64,000 bases of DNA from Octopus vulgaris (GCA_951406725.2 OX597827.1:76322001-76386000), one strand, 5' to 3'; counted from the stretch's first letter, positions 38,962 to 52,046 are shown. Numbers and translations: made by a program. Notes: generated by a model not told the origin, from the sequence alone.

Positions 38962-39388
38962 ATGGTGGTTGTCTACTTCTTATGCAGAGTTTCACCACCT
39001 CCTGTACCTACACCATAACACCATCAATGGCATCTGATGTGGCTTTTTAAACCAATGTTCTGAAAAGACACCCACATAGATTGCATATCCGATTTGGACC
39101 ACCAGGAGCTGCTGCTAAGTTCTGCTCTTTGTGGATCTTGAGATGTCTTTTGAGGCCTCTGTTAGATTTGCAAACCTTCTGGCATACATTGCATTCAAAG
39201 GTGTGCACAGACATATAGGCAGAATAGTTGGTGGAGGTTCGTTTTCCATGCGTTCGCAGATAAGATTTGAGGTCAGCAAAAGACAGGCATGGTCTGTCAC
39301 AGACTGCGCACACAGAGAGGTCATTGTCATTCACCTTCTTGATCGTTACATTCTTCCTTACATCTCTCTTGAGTTTTACTTGCGTTAT
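38962..39388 (-). mobile_element. RTE-like LINE 3' end encoding three C2H2-type fingers (pseudogenic)
   Basis: KLKRDVRK..CAVC..LKSYLRTH..CNVC..GLKRHLKIH..CNLC..(fs)LKSHIRCH followed by a short tail. A second, more truncated copy at 51408 has the same 3' end. Confidence 0.7.
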
Positions 39389-40719
39389 ACATACACTCAC
39401 ACACAGCCGGTTTTGAATTCCTCTGTTAGGGCCTGGGGTTACTGTGATAAACAAGAGGGAGCTGAGAACCAAGCCTTGGTGAGCTTCTTACCCATCCAGC
39501 CATGCCATCCTCTAGAGAACTTCTTCACAATCCAAAGCAGGCTTTGTCTATGTATGTATGTATAACTTCTACTAATTTTAGTTATGAGACTGCATTCATG
39601 CTGTGGGGCTACTTTAAAACAGTTTAAATTTGTCATATTGAATTTAATCTTCATTTTGAGTAGGACTTATTTTATCGATTTCTGTCCACCGAATGGCTAG
39701 GTTACAATCTAACATCAGGGAAAGCAAATCAACAGTCACTGTCACACACGATATTCCGCACAGTTTCCGTCAACTAAACAGTAAACATAAGATACGTGTC
39801 GACTAGGGGTCACGGGAGAAGACACTTGCTACGCAATGGAATCGAACTCGTAAGCACGTGGTTACGAATCCCACCCCTTAACCACACAACTATGTATATT
39901 TATATAAAATGACACACACACACACACATATACTATGTATGTGTGTGTAATCCACCACTATTGTATCTCGCCAGACGAAGAACAGAATCAGTTGATATAA
40001 TCCAAAGCGTGCCAAGGCGTGGAACTGAGAACGAATCAAGCAAATGTAAACAGAGAATTTTACAGGAAAGATCAAAGCCTTAACAACAAAGAGACCGGTG
40101 ACAAGCGAAAAAACGTCGATGATCGTAATTTCTTCCACATCAGAACAAAATGTATCCTTCTTTATTCTCTTAGTTTCAATGTATTTTTTTCTCTGTCCTG
40201 TTTTCCTCTTTTCAATCGAATCATATTTCAGTCGATAGTTTATATACATCAACTTTCTACGAATCCAGAAATAAAATAAATTTCCGTTTTTAGTCTGGGA
40301 TAACACACATTACGCACATACACACACACACATACAGACATAAACACGCGTATACATACATAGATACAAACACACACACACACATATATACATATACACA
40401 CACAATCATATATTTTATATATATATATATATGCATGTATAGACATACACAAAGACACTAACACTTTTGCGCCCAATATATTGTGTGCATAACAACAACA
40501 ACAACAACCACCACAATAATAATACTAAAATAATAATATTTTTTTATTTAATAATATTAATTATAACAACGTATGATCTTAACTAAAATATACAATATAG
40601 ACATTTAGACAATACATATACATATATACAATTACATACACGCACATAAATAAATATATATATATATATATATTTATGTACATATATATATATGTGTGTG
40701 TGTGTGTGATTTAAAAGTC

Positions 40720-41130
40720 CTGGCTTCCAAGCTGTAGAGAGGGCAAGCCGAGTGGATTACCTCCCTTATGTTTACATTGGGGGGAGGGGGGCGACGGCGG
40801 TGGAGCAGGCGAAGGCGGCGGCGGTGGGGCGGGGAGGGGAGTGGGGGTGGCAGTGAGCCACTCTATAGCAGTAAGCATGAGATCGCATTAAGGAAAAAAG
40901 GCTCTTTTTTCCCCCACAACACTGTCCTCTAAAACTTTTTTTTCTAAACACACTTTGCCAACGACCCCCCCTTTTGTATCCACAGCCTTGTCTGCTAAAA
41001 AAAAAAAAAAAGGGATACGCAATATCTGCTTCCAACTTGTCTCAAAAAAGAGGAACTAAAAACTACCTCCAGACCCCCCGATCCGCCGCCGCCGCCGCCA
41101 CCGACGACGAACCAACTAACAGCAAGTGCT
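40720..41130. promoter_or_regulatory. GC/CpG-rich promoter-like island with GC box and G-quadruplex motif
   Basis: GGGGCGGGGAGGGGAGTGGGGG at 40826-40847 and (GCC)n at about 41085. Unique CpG-retaining flanks; candidate donor CAG|GTATGT at 41816. Confidence 0.55.
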
Positions 41131-41976
41131 TCATTTAAATTGTGTGTGCGTGATTATATACATACATATACATACATATATATATATGTATATGTATGTA
41201 TGTGTGTATATAAACACTGTGGCACCAGGCAGACACACGGACAACACATGACAGATATAATAATCGTAGAAATACACAAATATAAAAATGTAACTAACTT
41301 CTTTAAATCGCCCGTTCGAAGCTGTTGGTTCTTCGCTCCAGATTTCCCATTCATTAAAGGGGCTTTGCTGGTTCAGGCGATTTAAATTTTTAATTATTTT
41401 TCTCAATGTCCGCCTTAACCTTTTCGTGTTCAGCTTACAACGGAACAGACCCCGGCAAAGAAAAAGCTAAGAGCTATGAAATAATAACCGTTTTCATGTG
41501 ATCAGATTTAATTAAAATTTAATGAATTAATTAAATTTTTCAAATAAAGCTACTGTACTACATATATCTATAATATATTTAGATATATGTACATGTATAT
41601 ATGATGTAGGAAGAGTGCGATTTCAAAACTAAAGGATTCTTTATTGACTGACTGGAATTGAACGTGGTACGGTTCTGCTTACGATTGAAGTCTCTCACCT
41701 CCAACCAGTCCGGACAAAATTAGACCAGGTCATCTGGACAGGACACTTTGGCCCTTCGACTTGAGACCAGTTTCAGGGTCTTTTCTCTTGGACAGGACAC
41801 TACCTATGACAGCAGGTATGTATTGTCTCGTAATCCCTCTGTTTATTCCATTTCTTTCTTTGTTATTTGCAAACATCATTTGATAAATTATTGTGTGTGT
41901 GTGTATATATGTGTGTGTTTGTGGATGAAAATGGACATGTATATGTCTAAATATATATTATATATATGCATAAATA

Positions 41977-42024
<48 letters not shown>

Positions 42025-42202
42025 CATGTGTATATATGTTTATTTATGGGTATATATATAGTATGAATGTGTATGTGTATATATGTATATATTATATATA
42101 TTTATATATAGTATGAATGCGTATGTATATATATATATGTATGAATGCCTATATACGTATATCTATGAGTATATTTAGATATATATATGTATGTATATAC
42201 TT

Positions 42203-42234
<32 letters not shown>

Positions 42235-42729
42235 GTGCTGGCATGGCTCTGTGGTTAAGAAGCTTGCTTCCCAACTGTGTGGACTTAGGATCGGTCCCAG
42301 TGCATGGCACTTTGGGCAAAAGGCTCCTACTGTAACCCTGATCTAGCGGAAGTCTTGTGAGTAAATTTGGTAGATGAAACTGAAAGGAGCTTGTATGTAT
42401 GCATACATACGATATATATGTATGTGTGTGTGTGGATATATATGTATGTTTGCGTGCACCTTTGTCAAGACATGATCTGGTGAGCATCATTGTTATATCT
42501 GTGTGGGGTTGTTTTGTTTCCATTCTTCCATGGAACAGTTTTTGACCGAGAAGAATTATTACCTTTGTTGGAAGGAGGCGAGCGTTGGTGACAGGAAACG
42601 CATCTGGCTGCAGGAAATCCACTTGGACAAATTCCCCCTGACCCATGCAAGCTGGGAAGAGTGGACGTTAAAATGATGTTGGTGTTAAATGTACAGCTAT
42701 TTATGAATGCATATATGAAGATGATAATG

Positions 42730-42994
42730 ATGTGTATATATATATGTGTGTGTGTGTGTATATGTATATGTGTATATATATGTGCGTGTGTGAGTGTATA
42801 TATGTATATATGTGTGTGTGTGTGTGCGTGTATATATGTGCATATATGTATATATGTGTGTGTGTGTGTGTATATATGTGTATATATGTATATATGTGTG
42901 TGTGCGTGTATATATATGTGTGTGTGTATATATGTGTATATATATATGTGTGTGTATATATGTGTATATATATATGTGTGTGTGTATATATGTG

Positions 42995-43025
<31 letters not shown>

Positions 43026-43170
43026 ATATATGTGTATATATATATATATGTGTGTGTGTGTATATATGTGTATATATATGTGTGTGTGTGTATATATGTG
43101 TATATATGTATATATATATGTATATATATGTATATATATATGTGTGTGTGTATGTATATATATATACTTA
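42730..43170. repeat. TA/TG compound microsatellite
   Basis: Read directly. Confidence 0.95.
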
Positions 43171-43571
43171 TATACTCACAATGTGGCACCTTGGGCAAGT
43201 GTCTTCTACTATAGCTTTGGGCTGACCAAAGCCTTGTGAGTGGATTTGGTTGACGGAAACTGAAAGAAGCCTCTCATGTGTGTGTGTGTGTTTGTCCCCC
43301 ACCACTTTTTGATGACTGATGTTGGTGTGTTTATATCCCCGTAACTCTAGCAGTTCAGCAAAAGAGATTGATAGAATAAGAACTAGGCTTAAAATAAATA
43401 GTACTGGGATTGACTCATTCAATGAAAAATTTTTCAAGGTAGTGCCCCAGCATGGCCACAGTCTAATGAATGAAACAAGTAAAAAAAATACATATGTATG
43501 ACTATATGTGTTTATATATATATATATATATATACGTGCTTATACATATATATATATGTTCATGTGTGTTG

Positions 43572-43633
<62 letters not shown>

Positions 43634-44052
43634 GTATAGGTACAGGCATGGTTGTGTGGTAAGATGCTTGATTCCCAGCTATATGGTTCCGGGTTCAGAC
43701 CCGCTGCGTGGCACCTTGGGCAAGTGTCTTGTCCCATACCCCTGAGTCGACAGAAGTTTTGTGAGTGCATTTGGTAGATAGAAACTGAAAGAGACTAATT
43801 TTCTATTTATGTGTGTGTGCGTGTGTGTCTGTGTGTTTAAGTTTTTGTGCCTGGTTTTGTGCCCCACCCCGCCCCATTGGATGTTCCTGTAACCGAACGA
43901 TTCAGCAAAAGGCACTGATGGAGTAGGTACGGGGTGGGGGTGGGGTGGAACTTTGAGTTGTATGAATCGAAGACTCAACAGCCCATACGGCTAAAAGTTC
44001 TTTAAGGCAGTGCCCCAGCATGGCTGCAGTGTAGTGACATATATATATATAA

Positions 44053-44119
<67 letters not shown>

Positions 44120-44164
44120 TATATATATATATATGTATGTATATATATATATATGTATATAATG

Positions 44165-44208
<44 letters not shown>

Positions 44209-44243
44209 TATATATATATATATATGTGTATATATGTATGGAT

Positions 44244-44628
44244 GGAAGCACTCTGTCGGTTACGACAACGAGAATTCCGGTTGATCCGAATCAACGGAAC
44301 AGCCTGCTCATGAAATTAACGTGTAAGTGGCTGAGCACTCCACAGACACGTGTACCCTTAACGTAGTTCTCGGGGATATTCAGCATGACACAGAGAGTGA
44401 CAAGGCCGGCCCTTTGAAATACAGGTACAACAGAAACAGGAAGTAAGAGTGAGAGAAAGTTGTGGTGAAAGAGTACAACAGGGATCACCACCATCCCCTG
44501 CCGGAGCCTCGTGGAGCTTTTTAGGTGTTTTCGCTCAATAAACACTCACAACGCCCGGTCTGGGAATCGAAACCGCGATCCTATGACCGCGAGTCCGCTG
44601 CCCTAACCACTGGGCCATTGCGCCTCCA
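44244..44628 (-). mobile_element. Young tRNA-derived SINE (possibly octopus OR-type)
   Basis: Minus head GGAGGCGCAATGGCCCAGTGGTTAGGGCAGCGGACTCGCGG..GGTTTCGATTCCC; CpGs retained; inserted in TA repeats. Confidence 0.8.
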
Positions 44629-44714
44629 CATATATGTATATATAAATATGTATATATGTATATATATGTATATTTATATAACTTAGAATAACTTAGAAAT
44701 ATATGTATATATAA

Positions 44715-44842
44715 AGGGAAAGTTTACGAAAATAAACAAAAGACAAAGGCAGGTGGAGTACAAACAAACAAATGTATTAGTATAGCGCTCAGGAATAGAA
44801 AAAGTCTTTTACGTTTCGACCCTACGCTCTTCGACAGAAAGA
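44715..44842 (-). mobile_element. Penelope-like terminal fragment with hammerhead-like motif, copy 2
   Basis: Minus strand TCTTT-CTGTCGA-A-GAGC-GTAG-GGTC-GAAA-CGT-A-AAAGA. Confidence 0.65.
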
Positions 44843-45269
44843 TATATATATATATATATATATGTGTGTGTATGTATGTATATATATATATGTGTGTCTA
44901 TGTATATTTATATATATATATATGTGTGTGTATGTATGTATATATGTGTGTATGTATATGTATATATATATTTCCTTCCCCCTCTCATACCATAACTTCT
45001 TTCATCACCTGGCACAAAGCCATCTGCCTCAGTACTATTCAGTTGAGGAAAGGGTCTCGTCTGGCACAGTCCCTGGTGACCTCACTGCTGCTGATGCCAC
45101 ATAAAAAGCATGCAGTACACTTTGTTAAGTGGTTGGCATCAGGAAGAGCATCCAGCTGTAGAACTCATGTCAAAGGAGACAGTCGACCTTGGCATCTTTC
45201 GTATGGTTTGGAAGCAGGGCTAAGGCTTTGCGAGTATATAGTCATCAACATAAATACTTTTAGGACCTG

Positions 45270-45515
45270 AATTTCACTGTGATGGATTGGTCTTCTTGAG
45301 CACAGAGAAATGCGAATCATTTCAGCGCTTTGTCACCCCCCCCATCATGGGGCTCAACATCTTGAGATCAGCTTTTACTACTTTTTCCCATGAATTCCTG
45401 GGTCTTCCTTTTCTACAAGTTCTATCTCCTTTAAGGGATCAGCATGTGTTTGTACAGCTCTCCTCATCCATACACAAGACATGATGGTACCTGCACAGTA
45501 TTCTCTCTTGTGCAT
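45270..45515 (-). mobile_element. RTE-clade LINE ORF 3' remnant
   Basis: Minus translation HVLCMDEE..KGRPRNSWEKVVKADLKML, typical of the RTE C-terminal GRP..W motif. Confidence 0.75.
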
Positions 45516-45617
45516 TCGAAGACGAAGCAGGCGTAATGCTCAAGATTCACCATATATAGTCGTCTTGTACCCAGATTTTCTCTCAACACATATGCACTCT
45601 CTCTCTCTCTATTCCTG

Positions 45618-45663
<46 letters not shown>

Positions 45664-46395
45664 TAAGGATAAAATCTTGAAAAGAAATCTTAACAAGAAA
45701 TTATCAGGTAGTTAGTGTGAAAAACCTCATAAGAGAAAAAATCTGAAAATTTTTTCACTTGAAAATATTTAATTAGAAAAAGAATTTAGTTCCATTCTAA
45801 ATTCTTTTTCCAAATGTCTTGCTTTGAGAAATGCATTTGGTATGATCCGTTTATGTTTGGTAGTATTGACTTTGAAGGTCCCTCCTAGCGTGTGGCATTA
45901 ATGTATATTAATGCCCTTTATATAATATAAATATATATATATATATATGATGATTAGACTGAGGACTGATGAACCAGATGGCTGCACCAGGTGCCAGATT
46001 GGGATTGAAGCCTGGTGCAGCCATCTGGTTCGCCAGTCCTCAGTCAAATCGTCCAACCATGCTAGCATGGAAAGCAGACATTATACGATGATGATATATG
46101 GTGGCAGATAAAAAGCACCATCTGAATGTGGCCGATGCCAGTGCCATCTTGACTGGCTTCCGTGCCAGTGGCATGTAAAAAGCACCATCCGATTGTGGTT
46201 GATGCCAGCTCCTCTGGTCCCTGTGCTGGTGGCAAGTAAAAAGCACCCACTACACTCTCGGAGTGGTTGGCGTTTGGAAGGGCATCCAGCTATAGAAACA
46301 CTGCCAGATCAGATTGGGACCTGGTGCAGCCTCCTGGCTTCCCAGACCCCAGTCAAACTGTCCAATTCATGCCAGCATGGAAAATGATGATGATG

Positions 46396-46433
<38 letters not shown>

Positions 46434-46436
<3 letters not shown>

Positions 46437-47176
46437 GAGGTGGTATCAAAAAGTTCTCAGACTAGTTATGCTTAATTAAAAAATAAGTTTTATCATCATC
46501 TCCTTTGAAATAGTCACCTTGTGCAGCAATACACCTGTCCCAGCGTTCTGGCCACTTTTGGAATCTGGCTTGGAAGTTGTTTTCTGTGAGTGATGAACCT
46601 TCTGCGATTTGCTCTGGGCCTTGACAGTGCTGTTAAAACGGTGACCCTTGGACTGCATTTTCATCTTGGGAAAGAAATGGAAGTCTGCAGGTGCTAAATC
46701 TGGTGAATATGGCAGGTGCAAGAAACTCATGGGTGAGGGGAGCTTGATGAAAGATCCAATTCTTCGCGCTCCACAGATCCGGTCGCTTCTGCTGAATGTC
46801 TTTCCTCAAAAGCTTCCAAACACTGCAGTAGAAATCTCAATTGATGGTCTGACTCTGGGGGAAGAATTCTTGAGGCACAATACCACATTTTTTCTGGGGG
46901 TGACACTTGTAGCAGGCCTTCCAGGTTGCTCATTTTCACCCGTGTCACTTGTAACATTGCATATGACCCTATGACCCATTGCCTTGTTGCTGTAAGCTTT
47001 CCAGAAACATGCTCAATGTCTCTTCACAAGTTTAATGCAAAATTTCATGTTGGCTCTTAGTTCCTGTCTATGACAAAATCAAAGACTATGGCACACACAT
47101 GATTGCAAAACCCATGTGCTGCCATCTGATGGCAGGCTACAGAACTAATCCCGGAACTTTTTGATACCACCTCATA
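46434..47176 (-). mobile_element. Internally deleted mariner with intact TIRs
   Basis: TIRs TACGAGGTGGTATCAAAAAGTTC / GAACTTTTTGATACCACCTCATA, TA flanks, motif PYSPDLAPADFHFFPKMK. Confidence 0.92.
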
Positions 47177-47564
47177 TATAAATGCTAATAGTTTCTTGCT
47201 GTAGAGACACGTGTCAATGCTGGTTTTGCATTGTGTCTCCCAGCAGTCTTCGGGCTCTGAGCACATGGTCACATGTTTTCACACTCACAATAAGAAATTG
47301 TTTGTAGCTCTTATCTTTATGCTGTGTGCATTAAATGATATCGCTCACTGAATGAAGTAATTATTTTGTTGATCTCCCCTTAATGGAATATTTGTGTGTG
47401 TGTGTGTGTTGTTGCTTTGACATCATGTGTTAGTTGTTGATGAGTATCATACAAACAGTGGCCTTTGTTTCCAATCCTCTGTGAAAACATGTCTTTATTA
47501 CACACATGTGAGTGAGAACACTTTGAGATATTTTTGGTATCTAACATATGTCAGATACTGCGAG

Positions 47565-47850
47565 CGCTGCTTCTGATTGGTCAATCCATGGTGATGATCC
47601 GAGGTCACGGTGACAGTGCTGTTTCTGATTGGTCAATCCATGGTGATGACCCGAAGTCACGCTGACGGCACTACTTTTGTCATTCATAAGTTACAACTAA
47701 ACGTGAAGAATTTAGTTATTGGGTTAATTATTGGGTCGTTTATTCGTGTGTAATAAAAAAAATACCAAACTCATTCCCTATGGATACCGTATTTATTACA
47801 ATGAGTGGCTTGTAATAAATACGGTATCCATAGGGAACTCGTTTGGTATT
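47565..47850. repeat. Element with two 52-bp CCAAT-containing tandem repeats and a terminal 90-bp hairpin
   Basis: TTCTGATTGGTCAATCCATGGTGATGA twice; perfect 28-bp arms at 47774-47801 and 47810-47837. Confidence 0.8.
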
Positions 47851-48104
47851 CTCTATATATATATATATGTGGAGGCGCAATGGCCCAGTGAATTAAGTAC
47901 CAGTTACTCACTGGGGTCGATGTAATCGACTTAATCCGTTTGTCTGTCCCTGTTTGTCCTCTGTGTTTAGCCTCTTGTGGGTAGTAAAGAAATAGGTATT
48001 TCGTCTGCTGTTACGTCCTGAGTTCAAATTCCGCCAAGGTCACCTTTGCCTTTCATCCTTTCGGGGTCGATTAAATAAGTACCAGTTACACACTGGGGTC
48101 GATA

Positions 48105-48576
48105 TAAAAAGCACCATCCGATTGTGGTTGATGCCAGCTCCTCTGGTCCCTGTGCTGGTGGCATGTAAAAAGCACCCACTACACTCTCGGAGTGGTTGGC
48201 GTTAGGAAGGGCATCCAGCTATAGAAACACTGCCAGATCAGATTGGGGCTTGGTGCAGCCTCCTGGCTTCCCACACCCCAGTCGAACTGTCCAATTCATG
48301 CCAGCATGGAAAATGATGATGATGGTGATATATATATATATATACGAGGTGGTATCAAAAAGTTCTCAGACTAGTTATGCTTAATTAAAAAATAAGTTTT
48401 ATCATCATCTCCTTCGAAATAGTCACCTTGTGCAGCATTACACCTGTCCCAGCGTTCCGGCCACTTTTGGAATCTGGCTTGGAAGTCTTTTTCTGTGAGT
48501 GGTGAACCTTCTGCGATTTGCTCTGGGCCTTGACAGTGGTGTTAAAACGGTGACCTTTGAGCTGCATTTTCATCTT
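48105..48576 (+). repeat. Local duplicate of 46176-46667 inserted in a SINE
   Basis: Same SINE-(TA)n-mariner end junctions in both copies. Confidence 0.92.
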
Positions 48577-49516
48577 AATCCATTTGTCTGTCCTTGTTTG
48601 TCCCCTCTGTGTTTAGCCCCTTGTGGGTAGTAAAGAAATAGGTATTTTGTCTGCCATTAGGTTCTGATTTCAAATTCTACTGAGGTCGACTTTGCCTTTT
48701 GTCCTTTCAGGGTCAATAAATTAAGTACCAGTTACACACTGGGGTCAATGTGATCAACTACCCCATCCCCAAATTTTGTGCCTTGTGCCTAGAGGAGAAA
48801 AGAATATTACGGAGAGCATATGCTGAGGGGTGATATGTAGGGAAGGTAAGGAAAAAGGAAGATTCAGTGAAAACTGTAGAAATGGGGGTAAGGTTGAGGG
48901 ATGGAGTAGAGGGGTGACCAATGATACATAAATTGGGTAAGATAAGGGAGAGGAGATGACTGACAGTGCAGAAAATGGTGAGGGATGGGGTGCGGGTGAA
49001 GAGTTGCAGAATAGTAACAATAATAAAAATAATGGTTTCGATATTTTGACACAAGGCCAGCAATTTTGGGGGAAGGGATAAGTTGATTACATTGACCCCA
49101 GTTCTCAACTGGTACTTGCTTCATCGACCCTGAAAGAATGAAAAATGAAGTTGACCCCAGCAAAATTTGAACTCAGAACATGAAAACAGACGAAATGCCG
49201 CCAAGCATTGAGCCCAGCATACTAACAATTCAGCCAGTTCACCACAATAATAATAATAATAATAATCCTTTCTACTATAGGTACAAGGCCTGAAATTTGG
49301 TGGGGGAGGATAGTAGATTACGTCGACCCCGTACTCAACTGGTACTTAATTTATCAACCCCAGAAAGGATGAAAGGCAAAGTCGACCTTGGTGGAATTTG
49401 AACTCAGAACGCAATGGCAGACAAAATACTACTAAGCATTTTGTAAAGCATGCTAACATTTCTGCCAGCTCACCACCTTTGAAAAAAAAAAAAATAATAA
49501 TAATAATAATAATTAT

Positions 49517-50010
49517 TATTTCTTTTATTGATCACAAGGGCTCACATAAAATTACATTAAAAGACATACAACAACATAAAAGATAAAAACAGGACAATAC
49601 AATGGGTTTTACAACATGTAAACAATATAATAATGATTAAAAATTAAACAATTTAAAACTCCCAATAGGGAAGGTGCTTTAAGGACCTCATAGAAAAACC
49701 CAGAAAAACCACAGGTGCCTGAACAACAGGGCAAGAGCCCTTCTCCTTTGATTCCCTTTTTATAGGTGCACGCTCAGAATTGGTCCTTTCACACTGGCCA
49801 TTCTTCCAACATTCACCCATTTTTCAACAAACTTACTACAAGGCAACACTTCTCTCTCCACCCTCAACTTCCTCTTCAAGTGAAACTTGAAAAAGTTGAT
49901 GAGGGCTTGGCCAAAGAGGAAAGAGTCTGTCTTTAGCCCTTTCAAATGGGTCCACCATTCTACCACTTTTGCTGCAGCCACTAGGCAAATGAAAAATTCC
50001 CTTCCCCCCC
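49517..50010 (-). mobile_element. Tx1/L1-like LINE 3' end
   Basis: Minus ORF end FICLVAAAKVVEWWTHLKG..KRKLRVERE..FVEKW, then a T-rich UTR ending GCCCTTGTGATCAATAAAAGAAAT. Confidence 0.65.
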
Positions 50011-51159
50011 TGGTGCTTTATGTTAAGGACGAAAGTTAAAGTTGAGCTCTGTGAGATTTGAACTTGGAATGTAGAGAACCAAAGGAAATGCCGCTAACCA
50101 TTATGTTCTACATGCTAATGGTTCTGCCTTCTCATGCCGGGCGAAATGCTTAGCGGTATTTTGTCTGCCGTTACGTTCTGAGTTCAAATTCCGCCAAGGT
50201 CAACTTTGCCTTTCATCCTTTGCCTTTCATCCTTTCGGGGTTGATAAATTAAGTACCAGTTACGCACTGGGTTCGATGTAATCGACTTGATCCATTTGTT
50301 TGTCCTTGTTTGTCCCCTCTATGTTTAGCCCTTTGTGGGCAGTAAAGAAATAGCTTCTGTCATCTCACCATCTTAACCCTTTTGATACTAACCTGCCTGG
50401 GACTGCCTGTCGATCTATGATATAAACTTTCTGTTTTTAAGGGGTCTAAATTAAACCCTTTCACTACAATTTTGTGCTAATTTATGTTCCAAAAAGCAGC
50501 TTAATAATAGCAGTTATTTCATTAAGATCTCCATTATTTTCAAAATTCAGCAGGAATGAAGTAACAAAAGTATTAATAGTCATAATAATGATGCAGGTGT
50601 TTTCCCTTAGGGTGACAGATAGATTGTATAATGTGTTTGAACTGTAATATTCTATGGTTGCGAAACCAGGGCCTCGAATGCAGAGAACTTCAGAAGATTG
50701 GAAAGAAATGGAGCTAGCATGCTCCATTGGATGTGGAATGTAAGTGTGTATGAATGACATAGTGCAAATGTGCTGAGGGAAATTCCTTGACAGTCATGGT
50801 TGGCACCAGTGTCAGATGCCTGGCGCTCATGGCCGGTGGCATGTAAAAAAGCACCCTTTGAACTTTGGGCCACATGGTAATATATCATATTTAAGAAAAC
50901 CTGTCAAGCCAAGTGAGATCGTAGTCTTGGCCAATGCTGGTGTTTCATAACTGGCTCCTGTGCTGGTGGCATGTAAAAAGCACCCACTACGCTTTGGGAG
51001 TGGTTGGCATTAGGAAGGGCATCCAGCTGTAGAAACCATGCCAAATCAGATTGAAGCCTGGTGCAGCTCTCCAGCTTATCAGTTTTCAGTTAAGCCATCC
51101 AACCCATGCCAGCATGGAAAACAGACATTAAGTGATGATGATGATGATGAGGAGAGGAA

Positions 51160-51390
51160 TCGGATGTAGCGGGCAAGAAAGAAGACCGTGATGTGTATGG
51201 ATGAGGGCAGATGTTTAAAGAAGTGCTGATTGCTAAATGTGGACGGAGCTTACAGAAGAGTTGACACCCCAGGGAGACATGGGATGTAATGGTGAAGGCT
51301 GATCTCAGGATGCCAAGTCTTATGGAGGTGAGGACAAAGAACCAGGTCAACTGGTTGTATTGCATTTTTGAGAAGACTCACGTGCCTTGG
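51160..51390 (+). mobile_element. RTE-clade LINE ORF 3' remnant
   Basis: VMCMDEGRCLKKC..PRETWDVMVKADLRM; homologous to 45270-45515. Confidence 0.7.
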
Positions 51391-51407
51391 TGAAACTGTG
51401 TCAGTGT

Positions 51408-51690
51408 ATGGTGGTTGTCTACTCCTTATGCAGAGCTTGACCACCTCCTGACCTCCTGTACTGACACCTTAGAACCACCATGGCATCTTTTGTGGCTTTT
51501 TAAACCAGACAATGTTCTGAAAAGACACCTACGTAGATTGCATATCCGATTTGGACCACCAAGAGCTGCAGATAAGTTCTGATCTTTGTGGATCTTAAAA
51601 TGTCTTTTGAGGCCTCCATTAGATTTGCAAACCTTCTGGCATACACTGCATTCAAAGGTGTGCACAGGCAAATAGGCAGAACAGTTGGTG
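51408..51690 (-). mobile_element. RTE-like LINE 3' end with C2H2 fingers, copy 2
   Basis: CSVCQKVCKSNGGLKRHFKIH..FRTLSGLKSHKRCH; same tail AGTAGACAACCACCATA. Confidence 0.7.
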
Positions 51691-51702
51691 TCAGTGTATA
51701 TA

Positions 51703-52046
51703 TCTCTATATATATAAACAGCAAAATGTCTGTCTGTGTGTGTGTGTATCCTTTATACAAATCCACAATTTTTCAGTTAGAGGACTCGCACTTTCTATGG
51801 TCATTCAAAACCGTCCAAGGGTGGTCGTGCACATCTTTACATTTCCCCAGTCACCCTGTAAAGCCATTAAAAAATCAATAGAAGTGACTTTTTTGTGAAT
51901 TTTCTATCCAAAACCCAATCAAAAGGCTTGAAACTTGATACGCCAATTGAATGCCAGCTAGCTGTATGTGATTAGTCGGAGATTTGGATAGTACTCGCGT
52001 GTATGTGCGCACGCACGCAGCTGTATATGCATGCACTAGCACTAGT
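51703..52046 (+). mobile_element. Non-autonomous Helitron-like element
   Basis: 5' A|TCTCTATATATATAAA, GTCT/GT microsatellite, 3' CTAG|T. Confidence 0.5.

Noticed and set aside
39047-39472. Second host C2H2 gene
   Set aside because: Frameshift and His loss, two 5'-truncated copies with a common tail, and an ORF start in unrelated sequence.
44555-44628. tRNA gene
   Set aside because: The tRNA-like head continues into a SINE body and lacks a proper acceptor stem.
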